Assembly (NCBI GenBank): GCA_963641405.1
Contig: CAVICC010000002.1
Location: 6,002 to 70,001 of the forward strand
DNA: 64,000 nucleotides
DNA from: a bacterium
Lineage (GTDB): Bacteria; Bacillota; Clostridia; Lachnospirales; Lachnospiraceae
Direction: 5' to 3'
Of the stretch, positions 49,424-59,145 are shown piece after piece (positions within the stretch are counted from its first letter, which is position 1; each line of letters begins with the position of its first letter). Below the pieces are notes generated by a model that saw only the letters and a program-made list of their open reading frames with translations, was not told where the DNA came from and searched no databases. A program made the position numbers and the translations under genes.

Positions 49424-51127
49424 CTAATTTTCAAATGTGGTCTTTAACATCTCATGGTATGATGTCACACCATCTAATACAAGACGCTGTGCACTCTGTC
49501 TTAATGTATGCATGCCCTCTGCACAAGCCACTTCGTTTAATTCTTCAGGTGATGCGCCTTTTGCGATAAGTGTGCGTAGCTTTGGTGTAACCGTCATGAT
49601 CTCATATATCCCGATTCGTCCCCTGTAACCAGTATGCTCACACTGTTCACAGCCACAAGGCTCAAATACATTTACCGGACGAAATGCCGGTATGTTCATG
49701 AATTCTTTTTCCTCCTCTGTGAGAAGATGTTCTTTTTTACAGCTAGGACAGAGACGTCTTACAAGTCGCTGCGCGATTATTCCTTTTACTGAGTCAGCAA
49801 GCAGGTAGTTTTCTATTCCCATATCCTCGAGTCTCGAAAGTGTACTTGCGGAACTGTTTGTATGCAGTGTACTTACCACAAGGTGTCCTGTGATGGATGC
49901 CTGAACTGCTATCTGCGCTGTCTCCTGATCTCGGATCTCACCGATCATGATGATGTCCGGATCCTGTCGCAGAATAGAACGAAGCGCCGATGCAAATGTC
50001 AGATCTGCTTTGTTATTTACCTGTACCTGATTGATTCCATCAATATTTGCCTCCACAGGGTCCTCTACTGTGATGATATTTACATCTTCCTGATTAAGCT
50101 CGGCAAGTGCTGTATAGAGCGTAGTCGATTTACCACTTCCGGTAGGTCCTGTCACAAGGATGATACCGTTTGTATTCATAAGTATATGGTCAAATGCCTT
50201 TAATTCGTCATCCGAAAAACCAAGCTCTTTTTTGTCCCTGGTAAGTGCTTTTTTCTGAGCAAGTCGCATAACGCACTTTTCACCAAACACAGTCGGAAGT
50301 ATAGATACACGGATATCGTACTCTATCTTGTCGATATCCATAGTTATACGGCCATCCTGAGGCTTACGTTTCTCAGAAATATCCATGCCTCCTATGATCT
50401 TAAGTCGTGTTATGATTGCCGAAAGCAGATGTATACTGTAAGATGCTTTCTCGTAAAGTGCACCATCTATTCTGTAACGCACACGCACTTTATTCTCAAG
50501 TGCCTCGATATGTATATCGGATGCACGGAGCCTGGCAGCCTGCTCGATTATTGAGTTTACGAGCAATACAACAGGTGAACTGTTGACATCCTTGCTGGCT
50601 GCCTCATCCGCCTCGGCATTCTTCTGCTCCCTTTCTTTTCGCTCGCGGGCATACTCCTGTGCCGCTTTCATTGCCTCGGTATCACCGTAATATTTGTCAA
50701 GCGTCAAAAGTATATCTCGTGCCGTAGCTACTGCCGGCTCTGCCTGCAGATTTGTTATGATGGAAAAATCATCAAGTGCCACCATATCCATAGGATCTGA
50801 CATAGCAACATGCACGATATTGGCATTGTTCTGGTCAAATGCAAATGGTATCATGACATGTTTTCTTAGCACTGTCTCGTTTACAAGCGACTGAACCTCT
50901 TCTGGTATATTTATCGCACTTACATTTACCAATTCGATGCCAAGCTGCTGTGACAATGCCTTTGCTATCTCAAGCTCATTGGTAAATCCAAGTTCTATAA
51001 GTGTCTCTCCGATTTTCTTATGACGCTCTTTTGCGATAGGCAGGGCATTTTCAAGCTGCTCCGGTGTTATTACATTTTCATTGATAAGCATATCTCCGAT
51101 ACGCTTTTTTTCTCTTCTAAAAGCCAT
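49424..51127 (-). CDS. pilB: Type IV pilus assembly ATPase PilB
   Basis: RIGDMLI N-terminus (MshEN-like), ASDIHIE, GPTGSGKSTT, CxxC...CxxC, GYRGR; ATG 51127 after AAGGGGG. Confidence 0.95.
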   Translation of the reverse strand: MAFRREKKRIGDMLINENVITPEQLENALPIAKERHKKIGETLIELGFTNELEIAKALSQQLGIELVNVSAINIPEEVQSLVNETVLRKHVMIPFAFDQNNANIVHVAMSDPMDMVALDDFSIITNLQAEPAVATARDILLTLDKYYGDTEAMKAAQEYARERKEREQKNAEADEAASKDVNSSPVVLLVNSIIEQAARLRASDIHIEALENKVRVRYRIDGALYEKASYSIHLLSAIITRLKIIGGMDISEKRKPQDGRITMDIDKIEYDIRVSILPTVFGEKCVMRLAQKKALTRDKKELGFSDDELKAFDHILMNTNGIILVTGPTGSGKSTTLYTALAELNQEDVNIITVEDPVEANIDGINQVQVNNKADLTFASALRSILRQDPDIIMIGEIRDQETAQIAVQASITGHLVVSTLHTNSSASTLSRLEDMGIENYLLADSVKGIIAQRLVRRLCPSCKKEHLLTEEEKEFMNIPAFRPVNVFEPCGCEQCEHTGYRGRIGIYEIMTVTPKLRTLIAKGASPEELNEVACAEGMHTLRQSAQRLVLDGVTSYHEMLKTTFEN

Positions 51128-51147
51128 CCTGGCTTCCCCCTTTTTCC

Positions 51148-51202
51148 TATATAGGAAAATTGTACCATTCCACCCATGCATTTTCAAGGGTAAAATGGTA
51201 CA
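51148..51202 (-). promoter_or_regulatory. pilB operon promoter with flanking TGTACCATT inverted repeat
   Basis: Minus strand TTGAAA-17-TACAAT with extended -10 TG; near-duplicate at 46656-46710. Confidence 0.75.
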
Positions 51203-51215
51203 CTGGTTTGAATTA

Positions 51216-52610
51216 CTATATATTTATTATGCCAAGAGCCTGTAACAGCAATATGAGAAGCAGTGCCGGTGCAATAAATTTAATCATGACTATATAAAGT
51301 CCTTTTCGTGTGAATTTACCGCCACCTAGTGTTACTTCGTCGATGATAGTCTTTGGCTTTGCAATCCAGCCGATGAGTATACATGTAAGCAGTGCAACGA
51401 TCGGCATGAGCACATTGTTGCTGACATAATCCATGATATCAAGTATCTGTCCTACTGTGCCATTTGGAAGCTTTACTTCCATATATAGCTTGTTGTATCC
51501 AAGACATACTATTATCTCTGCGATAAGTCCATATACGGTTACGATTATGGCACTCTTTTTACGACTCCAATGAAATTTGTCCATGAGGCTTGATACAATT
51601 GCCTCCATGATAGATACCGATGATGTGATTGCTGCAAATGCAACGATCACAAAAAATATAAATCCTACTATCGTGCCGGCTATTCCCATTGCATCAAATA
51701 CTTTTGGCAGTGAGATAAACATAAGGCCCGGTCCTGCTGACATTCCATCGCGTCCCATGAATACATATACTGCCGGAATAATCATAAGTCCTGCAAGAAA
51801 TGCAACTATTGTGTCAAATATCTCGATCTGATTGATGGAATTCATAAGTTTTACATCTTTTTTTACATATGAGCCGTAGGCAACCATGATTCCCATCGCC
51901 ACGCTGATTGAATAGAAAAGCTGTCCGAGCGCATCTACAAATACAGTAAACAGCTTACCTAAGGTAAGTCCCGTAAAATCAGGCACTATATATATCTTTA
52001 GGCCCGAAAGTCCGTTTCTTACAGTATCTCCATCTTCATAGTGCAGTGTCAGTGAGAACACTCCGATGATAAGTATAAGAACAAGAAGTATTGGCATAAG
52101 CACTTTACTAAATCTCTCTATTCCCTTGTCCACACCACCGATGACTACAGCCGCTGTAAGTGCAAGATAGACAACTCCAAATATGATCGGTGCCCACTGT
52201 CCTGATATAAAAGCAGAAAAATATCCGTCTGCCACGGCATTTTTATTCTGTCCAGTTAAGAAAAGTGTAAAGTATTTAAGCACCCATCCTCCGATTGCAC
52301 AATAATATGGCAGGATGATCGCAGGCACTAAGCACGCAAGCAGACCAATAAATCTACATTTTGGATTTATAACTCCGTATGCTGTGAGTGGTCCCTGTCC
52401 TGTTTTTCGTCCTATTGCGATTTCTGTAGTAAGCAGTGCAAAACCAAATGTGAGCACGAGTATCAGATATACTAGTAGGAAAAGTCCTCCGCCATCCTTT
52501 GCCGCCAGATATGGAAATCTCCATATATTTCCCAGTCCAACAGCGCTTCCTGCGGCAGCCAGCACAAAGCCTATGTTGCCGGAGAATGAACCTCTTGATT
52601 TTTCTTTCAT
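51216..52610 (-). CDS. Sodium-dependent transporter (NSS/SNF family)
   Basis: AAAGSAVGLGNIWRFPY, GQLFYSIS, GPGLMF; many TMs. Confidence 0.93.
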   Translation of the reverse strand: MKEKSRGSFSGNIGFVLAAAGSAVGLGNIWRFPYLAAKDGGGLFLLVYLILVLTFGFALLTTEIAIGRKTGQGPLTAYGVINPKCRFIGLLACLVPAIILPYYCAIGGWVLKYFTLFLTGQNKNAVADGYFSAFISGQWAPIIFGVVYLALTAAVVIGGVDKGIERFSKVLMPILLVLILIIGVFSLTLHYEDGDTVRNGLSGLKIYIVPDFTGLTLGKLFTVFVDALGQLFYSISVAMGIMVAYGSYVKKDVKLMNSINQIEIFDTIVAFLAGLMIIPAVYVFMGRDGMSAGPGLMFISLPKVFDAMGIAGTIVGFIFFVIVAFAAITSSVSIMEAIVSSLMDKFHWSRKKSAIIVTVYGLIAEIIVCLGYNKLYMEVKLPNGTVGQILDIMDYVSNNVLMPIVALLTCILIGWIAKPKTIIDEVTLGGGKFTRKGLYIVMIKFIAPALLLILLLQALGIINI

Positions 52611-52641
52611 GATGTTTTTCGTCCCTTCTCTTTATAAATTT

Positions 52642-52682
52642 AAAAGCTTCCCATATAATCATCTCATATCATATGGGAAGCT
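52642..52682 (-). terminator. Intrinsic terminator-like hairpin between metF and the NSS transporter
   Basis: AGCTTCCCATAT / ATATGGGAAGCT followed by T's on the minus strand. Confidence 0.7.
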
Positions 52683-52736
52683 AATTATTACCAACTCGTA
52701 TATTATAGCTATTTATATGTAATTTTGCAAGAAATA

Positions 52737-53603
52737 TTAGATCAGGTTCCTGATTCCCTCTGTAAGTCGCTTTGCCACTTTTACGTTGTTCATGGTATAA
52801 AGATGAATGCCCTCGACATCATTTGCAAGAAGTTCAATGATCTGACTCTCGCAGTAAGACATACCCGCATCAAAAAGTGCTGCCTTGTTGTCTCCATATC
52901 GATGTACGATCTTCTGGAATTTCTCTGGGAATTTAGCTCCACACATTGTGACCATTCTCTGGATCTGTGCTGCGTTGATACATGGCATGATACCCGGAAT
53001 AACAGGCACATTGATGCCAGCAAGCTTGCAATCCTCCGCAAATTTTAAAAATGTATCATTGTCAAAGAAAAGCTGTGATAAGAGAAGCTGCGCTCCTGCA
53101 TCTACCTTTGTCTTTAAATTTTTGATGTCAGCAACTCTGTCTGCTGCCTCAGGATGAATATCCGGATAGCACGCTCCTGCAATACAGAACTGATCCCCTG
53201 TTGTCTCTTTTAAATATGCAATAAGGTCGCTTGCATGTAAGAAATCATCCTTTGCAGGCGCATTAGGATTTCTGTCTCCTCTAAGTGCAAGGATATTCTC
53301 AATTCCCTCATATGAGAGCTGTTTTGCAAACTCGTCGATCTCAGCTTTATTATAGCAAAGACATGTGAGATGAACTACTGGCTCTACATGGTACTGGTTT
53401 TTTATCTTTTTTGCGATCTCTATCGTTTTGTTATTGTTTGAGCTGCCACCTGCTCCGAATGTAACACTGATGTACTCAGGATGACAGTCGCAAAGTATCT
53501 CAAGCATCTCGTCTATATTTTTGAAGTCTTCTTCTTTTTTGGGTGGAAATATCTCAAAAGAGAGTGACTGTGGTTTTTCAGTATGTATCTGTGTGATTTT
53601 CAT
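52737..53603 (-). CDS. metF: 5,10-methylenetetrahydrofolate reductase
   Basis: SFEIFPPK, SVTFGAGG, HLTC, LALRGD, SQLFFD, GIHLYTMN; ATG 53603 after GGAGG. Confidence 0.95.
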   Translation of the reverse strand: MKITQIHTEKPQSLSFEIFPPKKEEDFKNIDEMLEILCDCHPEYISVTFGAGGSSNNNKTIEIAKKIKNQYHVEPVVHLTCLCYNKAEIDEFAKQLSYEGIENILALRGDRNPNAPAKDDFLHASDLIAYLKETTGDQFCIAGACYPDIHPEAADRVADIKNLKTKVDAGAQLLLSQLFFDNDTFLKFAEDCKLAGINVPVIPGIMPCINAAQIQRMVTMCGAKFPEKFQKIVHRYGDNKAALFDAGMSYCESQIIELLANDVEGIHLYTMNNVKVAKRLTEGIRNLI

Positions 53604-53831
53604 ATGTATGTTATCCTCCATTTTTTCTTTAAATCGCATGGTTATATTTTGGTATTCATTACCTGCTTGTTATTTATCTTAACTATATATACAATTTTTG
53701 TTATTGTAAACTATATTTTTCTTTTAGTTTGTCATAAATATAATCTATAGCAAAATTTTCACGTTCATATTCCAATATGTGTGCTATAATGGCTCTGGTC
53801 TTTTTTAGTAATATATAAGGGGAATACATGA

Positions 53832-55190
53832 ATGAAAAAAATAGATTTTGATAATGGAACAATAACCAGCAACATATTAAATGCTGCTCTGCCTATGCTT
53901 GTGGCACAGATCTTAAGTCTGCTCTATAACATAGTAGACCGCATATATATCGCCCGCATCCCAGGTGTCGGAACGACAGCTCTTGGGGCTGTAGGACTGT
54001 GCTTTCCGATCATTATGCTTACCATCGCCTTTTCTAATCTATTCGGAAGTGGTGGAGCTCCTTTATTTTCCATCAAAAAAGGCATGGGCGATAATGAAGC
54101 TTCAAATACTATCATGAATACAAGTTTTACAATGGTATGTGCGTTTGCGATTATTTTTATGGTACTTTGTATGATATTTGCACGACCTCTTCTGTTGCTG
54201 TTTGGTGCTTCAGAAAATGCCATGCAATATGCACTGCCATATCTGCTTTTGTATCTGATTGGCACTCTTCCATCCATGATCTCGACAGGCATGAATCCAT
54301 TCATCAATGCACAGGGATATTCAACATGCGGAATGCTCTCTGTTGCAATCGGTGCAATTGCTAACCTGATTTTAGATCCACTTTTTATATTTACATTTAA
54401 TTTTGGCATAAAGGGCGCTGCAATTGCGACAGTAATATCACAAGTGTTGTCCGCTCTGTTTGTAATTTATTTTCTAAGAAGAAAGGCTGAGCTTAAGGTC
54501 AGCCTCCTTAGTTTCTCAGATTTTTGTGCTAACGCACACTATGCAAAAGATATAATAAGCCTCGGAACTTCCGGTTGCGTTATGCAGCTTACAAACAGCC
54601 TGGTATCGATCTGCTGCAACAATGTACTCTCTGTCACAGGCGGTGATCTGTATATATCCGTCATGACTATCATATCGAGCATCCGTCAGATGGTGGAGAC
54701 TCCTATCTATGCTATCGTTGAAGGTTCATCTCCTATTTTAAGCTACAACTACGGAGCCAGACGTCCTGCACGAGTACGCAGATCAATGGTCACAATGGGA
54801 GCATTGGTACTTATATATACTGCAATAATGTGGAGTATCATAATTCTTGCACCTCGTGCGCTTATCACGATTTTCAGCTCTGATCAAACGCTCATGAAGG
54901 ATGCCGTAAAAGCCTTAAATATCTACTTTGCAGCATTTATATTTATGGATCTGCAATATATAGGACAGACAACATTCAAGTCACTCAACAAAAGAAAGCA
55001 GGCTATCTTTTTTTCACTGCTTCGAAAAGCATTTATTGTCGTACCTCTTACATATATGATGCCATATGCTTTTGGCATGGGAACAGATGGTGTTTTTATG
55101 GCAGAGCCTGTATCGAATGTAATCGGTGGAAGCATCTGTTTTGTCACTATGCTGTGCACTGTCCTTCCCGAGCTTAAACGTATGGATTAG
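53832..55190 (+). CDS. MATE family efflux transporter
   Basis: ALPMLVAQ...LYNIVDRIYI, NLILDPLFI...GIKGAAIATVISQ, YNYGA. Confidence 0.93.
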   Translation: MKKIDFDNGTITSNILNAALPMLVAQILSLLYNIVDRIYIARIPGVGTTALGAVGLCFPIIMLTIAFSNLFGSGGAPLFSIKKGMGDNEASNTIMNTSFTMVCAFAIIFMVLCMIFARPLLLLFGASENAMQYALPYLLLYLIGTLPSMISTGMNPFINAQGYSTCGMLSVAIGAIANLILDPLFIFTFNFGIKGAAIATVISQVLSALFVIYFLRRKAELKVSLLSFSDFCANAHYAKDIISLGTSGCVMQLTNSLVSICCNNVLSVTGGDLYISVMTIISSIRQMVETPIYAIVEGSSPILSYNYGARRPARVRRSMVTMGALVLIYTAIMWSIIILAPRALITIFSSDQTLMKDAVKALNIYFAAFIFMDLQYIGQTTFKSLNKRKQAIFFSLLRKAFIVVPLTYMMPYAFGMGTDGVFMAEPVSNVIGGSICFVTMLCTVLPELKRMD

Positions 55191-55208
55191 TATATGATTA
55201 TGTGGATA

Positions 55209-56885
55209 TTATGCCTTTTTTTCAGCAGCCAGTGCTTTCATCTCTCGTGCACTTTCCATAACTGTATCTGTGATCTTTGCACCGCCAAGCATACGCGCAA
55301 GCTCCGACACACTCTGTGACTCATCCAGCCGGTATATTTTTGATACTGTTGATTTATTTTCAACTGATTTTTCAATAAGAAAATGAGCATCTGCCATGGC
55401 TGCGATCTGTGGCAGGTGTGTGATACATATGATCTGGTGATTCTTTCCAAGCTCGTTCATTTTCTCAGATACCATCTGCGCAGTACGTCCGCTGATACCC
55501 GAATCAATTTCATCAAATATAAGTGACTCTATATGGTCATTCTCTGCCATAATGGTCTTTATGCCCAGCATGATACGCGAAAGTTCGCCACCTGATGCCA
55601 CCTTGCCAAGAGGTTTAAGCGGCTCTCCTGGGTTTGTCGATATTAAAAACTCCGGAGCGTCTATACCATTTGCTGTATAATCCGGCAGCCTTTCAAAACT
55701 CATATCAAACTTTACGTCAAGAAAATTTAGATCATTTAAGGCAGCGATTATTTCCTTTACAAGCTTTGCCGCACTCTTTTGCCTGATCTTTGAGACTTCC
55801 TCTGATATGGCACTAAGCTCGGCTTCTTTCTTTGAAAGCTGCTGCTCTAGTGTCTTAAGGTAAGCGTCATAATCGTTTAACACAGCTATCCTCTGCTGCT
55901 TTTGCTCGAGTGAAGCAAGGATTTCTTCTATCGAATTGCCATATTTTGACTTTAAATGATTGATCTCATCAAGCCTTTTCTGTGTCTCATAGAATGTTTC
56001 CTCGTCAAACTCTGCTCCTGATATATAGCCGGAGATCTCATGATTAAAATCAGATAACAGACTGTCTATCTCCGCAAGCTGATTTTCAAGGTTTTCAACC
56101 TCAGCATCATATCCCGATACCTGACCAAGTTCTCTTACTGCGCGGCCTATAAGCTCCGAGGCGCTCTCCATCTCGCCTCCTGTGGCGGCATAAGCGACAC
56201 TCACACCCTCCATGATCTTTTTTCCATTTGAAAACTTCTTAAACTGTATCTCAAGTTCCTCGTCTTCGCCCGGTGCAAGGTTGGCATCCTCTATCTCCTT
56301 TACCTCGTACTCAAGGAAGGAAAGCTCACGGCTTCGCTGCTCATTGTCGATATTTGATTTTTCAAACTCTTCTTTCAGTGCTCTGTACTCTTTGTATACA
56401 GCTAAAAGCTCACTCTTTTTATTGCTGAGTTGCTTTTTGGCATATTCATCAAGTATCTCAAGATGCTTTTTTTTAGATAAAAGCGACTGATGCTCATGCT
56501 GTCCGTGGATGTCGATAAGATACGATGCAATCTCCTTCATACGTGATACCGATACCGCCTCGCCATTTATCCTGCCTATAGCGCGCGATGCAGTTATCTT
56601 TCTGCTTAAGATAACAGTATTGTCCTCTAGCTCGACATCTAGTGCCCTTAAGGCTTTTGCGGTCTGCTCATTGTCCACTGAAAATATCAACTCAACAAAG
56701 GCCGGCTGATCGCTGTCTCGAAGCATCTCTTTTGGCACCTTTTCGCCAAGTGCCAGATTGATAGAGCCTATGATGATAGATTTTCCGGCTCCTGTCTCTC
56801 CTGACAGTATATTAAGTCCGTCAGAAAACTCCACCTCACACTCGTCTATGAGTGCCAGATTTTTTACATGTAGATTTTGTAACAT
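55209..56885 (-). CDS. recN: DNA repair protein RecN
   Basis: GETGAGKS, IHGQHE, ASGGELSRIML, FDEIDSG, ITHLPQIAA. Confidence 0.97.
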   Translation of the reverse strand: MLQNLHVKNLALIDECEVEFSDGLNILSGETGAGKSIIIGSINLALGEKVPKEMLRDSDQPAFVELIFSVDNEQTAKALRALDVELEDNTVILSRKITASRAIGRINGEAVSVSRMKEIASYLIDIHGQHEHQSLLSKKKHLEILDEYAKKQLSNKKSELLAVYKEYRALKEEFEKSNIDNEQRSRELSFLEYEVKEIEDANLAPGEDEELEIQFKKFSNGKKIMEGVSVAYAATGGEMESASELIGRAVRELGQVSGYDAEVENLENQLAEIDSLLSDFNHEISGYISGAEFDEETFYETQKRLDEINHLKSKYGNSIEEILASLEQKQQRIAVLNDYDAYLKTLEQQLSKKEAELSAISEEVSKIRQKSAAKLVKEIIAALNDLNFLDVKFDMSFERLPDYTANGIDAPEFLISTNPGEPLKPLGKVASGGELSRIMLGIKTIMAENDHIESLIFDEIDSGISGRTAQMVSEKMNELGKNHQIICITHLPQIAAMADAHFLIEKSVENKSTVSKIYRLDESQSVSELARMLGGAKITDTVMESAREMKALAAEKKA

Positions 56886-56922
56886 ATTTTCTCCTTCCGC
56901 TCTCCCAAAGCACGCGCATATA

Positions 56923-57372
56923 TTACTCTACAATTTTGCGGATCTTTTTTGTCACTGCAAATGTATCATCAACGGTCCTTACCGCACACATTATAGTGTC
57001 GTCTCCGGCTATGGAACCGACGATTTCCTTCATATCCATGGCATCTATAGCTGCGCATACAGCACTTGCCATGCCTGATACAGTCTTTATAACAAGGATA
57101 TTCTGCGCCAGATCCATCGATAAATATCCCTCACGCAGTACTCTTTCGTATTTCTGTGAAAGATCTTCACTGCCATCACTTATAACAGCATATTTCTGTC
57201 TGCCGTTTGCCATAGGAATTTTGGTAAGCTTAAGCTCCCTTATATCTCTCGATACTGTAGCCTGTGTCACACGAAAGCCCTCACCCTCCAAAAGTGCCGA
57301 AAGCTCTTCCTGTGTCTCCACATCATTTTTCTGTATTATCTCTATGATTTTGGATTGTCTATTTGTTTTCAT
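56923..57372 (-). CDS. argR: Arginine repressor
   Basis: TQEEL, VTQATVSRDIREL, GSIAGDDT. Confidence 0.96.
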   Translation of the reverse strand: MKTNRQSKIIEIIQKNDVETQEELSALLEGEGFRVTQATVSRDIRELKLTKIPMANGRQKYAVISDGSEDLSQKYERVLREGYLSMDLAQNILVIKTVSGMASAVCAAIDAMDMKEIVGSIAGDDTIMCAVRTVDDTFAVTKKIRKIVE

Positions 57373-57427
57373 CGCAATCTCCTATCCTTGCGCACAATTC
57401 TTTGAACCCGCTATATTTCTTTAGCAT

Positions 57428-58279
57428 TTAGGTATAGCCTTCCATTTTCTTCCGCAATATTTCTAAGAAACTTCTCTTGTGAAGCTTACATACTTTGGTA
57501 TAATTTGCTGCTTTAGATATCACAAATCTATCTCCTACACAAAGCTCTAGAGTGGTATCACCATCATAGCTGACACATGCTTTCTCATCCTGCTGCACAC
57601 GTCTGCTGCATATTTCAATCTCTACCTCGTCATCTCCCGAGAGGACGATGCTTTTGGAATTTAGGTTGTGGGCATTGTTTGGAGTCAGAAGAAGCATATC
57701 TCCTTTTGGATCAACGATCGGCCCGCCTGCTGACATGCTATAACCTGTAGAGCCGGTAGGCGTAGCCACTATAATACCATCTGCATGATAATTATTTAGA
57801 AATTCTCCATTTACATATACGTTGAGACTTAGCATCTGAAGCTCGCCTATTCTATGGATAACTATATCATTCAATGCCACCTGTGATTCATCGCAGCCTC
57901 GCTTGTGTCCGGTCAACATAATACGGTTTTCCAGCATATATTTATCATCCATAAGCGAATCTATGGCATCAAACACAGTGGATTCCTCCACCTCACACAG
58001 GTATCCGAGTGTGCCTAGGTTAACTCCCATAAGAGGGATCTGGAGCGATTCAACCTTTGTTGCCGCACGTATAAGTGTACCGTCTCCTCCAAGCACAAGT
58101 ATACACTGTGTATCTGTTGGTATATCGCTAAGCTCGAATTCTTCATTGTCAAGCGCCTCTACATTGCTGACAAGTCCTTTTGCTGTTCCGCCTTTTTTTT
58201 CTATATATGCCACTATTTTTTTTGTCAGTGCAAAATCTTTGTCCTTATAGGCATTTGCTATTACAACGAAATGTTTCAT
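57428..58279 (-). CDS. nadK: NAD(+) kinase
   Basis: LGGDGT, GVNLGTLGYL, LND, DGIIVATPTGSTGYSMSAGGP; likely start ATG 58279. Confidence 0.95.
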   Translation of the reverse strand: MKHFVVIANAYKDKDFALTKKIVAYIEKKGGTAKGLVSNVEALDNEEFELSDIPTDTQCILVLGGDGTLIRAATKVESLQIPLMGVNLGTLGYLCEVEESTVFDAIDSLMDDKYMLENRIMLTGHKRGCDESQVALNDIVIHRIGELQMLSLNVYVNGEFLNNYHADGIIVATPTGSTGYSMSAGGPIVDPKGDMLLLTPNNAHNLNSKSIVLSGDDEVEIEICSRRVQQDEKACVSYDGDTTLELCVGDRFVISKAANYTKVCKLHKRSFLEILRKKMEGYT

Positions 58280-58283
58280 AATT

Positions 58284-59090
58284 CTATTTCTTATCCAGCT
58301 CTCCATGTGCAGCCTCGACCACACTATGAATATCTACGGATTCCTCCTTTGTAGGATCATCTGTCTTCTTTATGTGTACCAGATATTCGATATTGCCCTC
58401 TGGTCCCTTGATTGGTGAATATTCCAGATCAAGTACGCTAAAGCCATTATTCAAGGCAAAATCTATGACATTTGTGACAACCTCTTCATGCACATTTTTA
58501 TCACGGACAACACCTTTTTTACCAACTTTTTCTCTGCCGGCTTCAAACTGAGGTTTTATGAGACAAACCATCTCGCCTCCATCTTTTAACAGATCTCTTG
58601 CCGGGCCTAGCACCTTTGTAAGTGATATAAATGATACGTCAACCGATGCAAAATCAAGTGCATCAGCTATATCATCCGGTGTCACATATCTGATATTGGT
58701 CTTTTCCATACAAACTACACGCTCATCCTGTCTGAGTTTCCAGGCAAACTGACCATATCCGACATCGACTGCGTATACCTTTGTGGCACCGTTTTGCAAC
58801 ATACAATCGGTAAATCCGCCCGTAGATGCGCCTATATCCATACATACTTTGCCCTCGAGGGTGATGTCAAAGTGCTTCATTGCCTTTTCAAGCTTAAGGC
58901 CTCCACGGCTTACGTATTGCAATGTCTTTCCATGTATCTCGATATTACAGTCATCAGGAAATGTAGATCCTGCCTTGTCTTCACGGTTGTTGTTTACAAA
59001 TACATTTCCTTCCATAATCATGGTCTTTGCCTTTTCACGTGAAGGCGCAAGCCCTCTGTTTACAAGTAAAACGTCTAATCTTTCTTTCAT
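58284..59090 (-). CDS. tlyA: TlyA family rRNA methyltransferase
   Basis: S4 domain RLDVLL, YVSRGGLKL, DIGASTGGFTD, DVSFISL, LIKPQFE. Confidence 0.95.
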   Translation of the reverse strand: MKERLDVLLVNRGLAPSREKAKTMIMEGNVFVNNNREDKAGSTFPDDCNIEIHGKTLQYVSRGGLKLEKAMKHFDITLEGKVCMDIGASTGGFTDCMLQNGATKVYAVDVGYGQFAWKLRQDERVVCMEKTNIRYVTPDDIADALDFASVDVSFISLTKVLGPARDLLKDGGEMVCLIKPQFEAGREKVGKKGVVRDKNVHEEVVTNVIDFALNNGFSVLDLEYSPIKGPEGNIEYLVHIKKTDDPTKEESVDIHSVVEAAHGELDKK

Positions 59091-59145
59091 ACTATCAATA
59101 TATTTCCTCTATGTTGCAATTTATAACTTATTTGTACCATCATTA

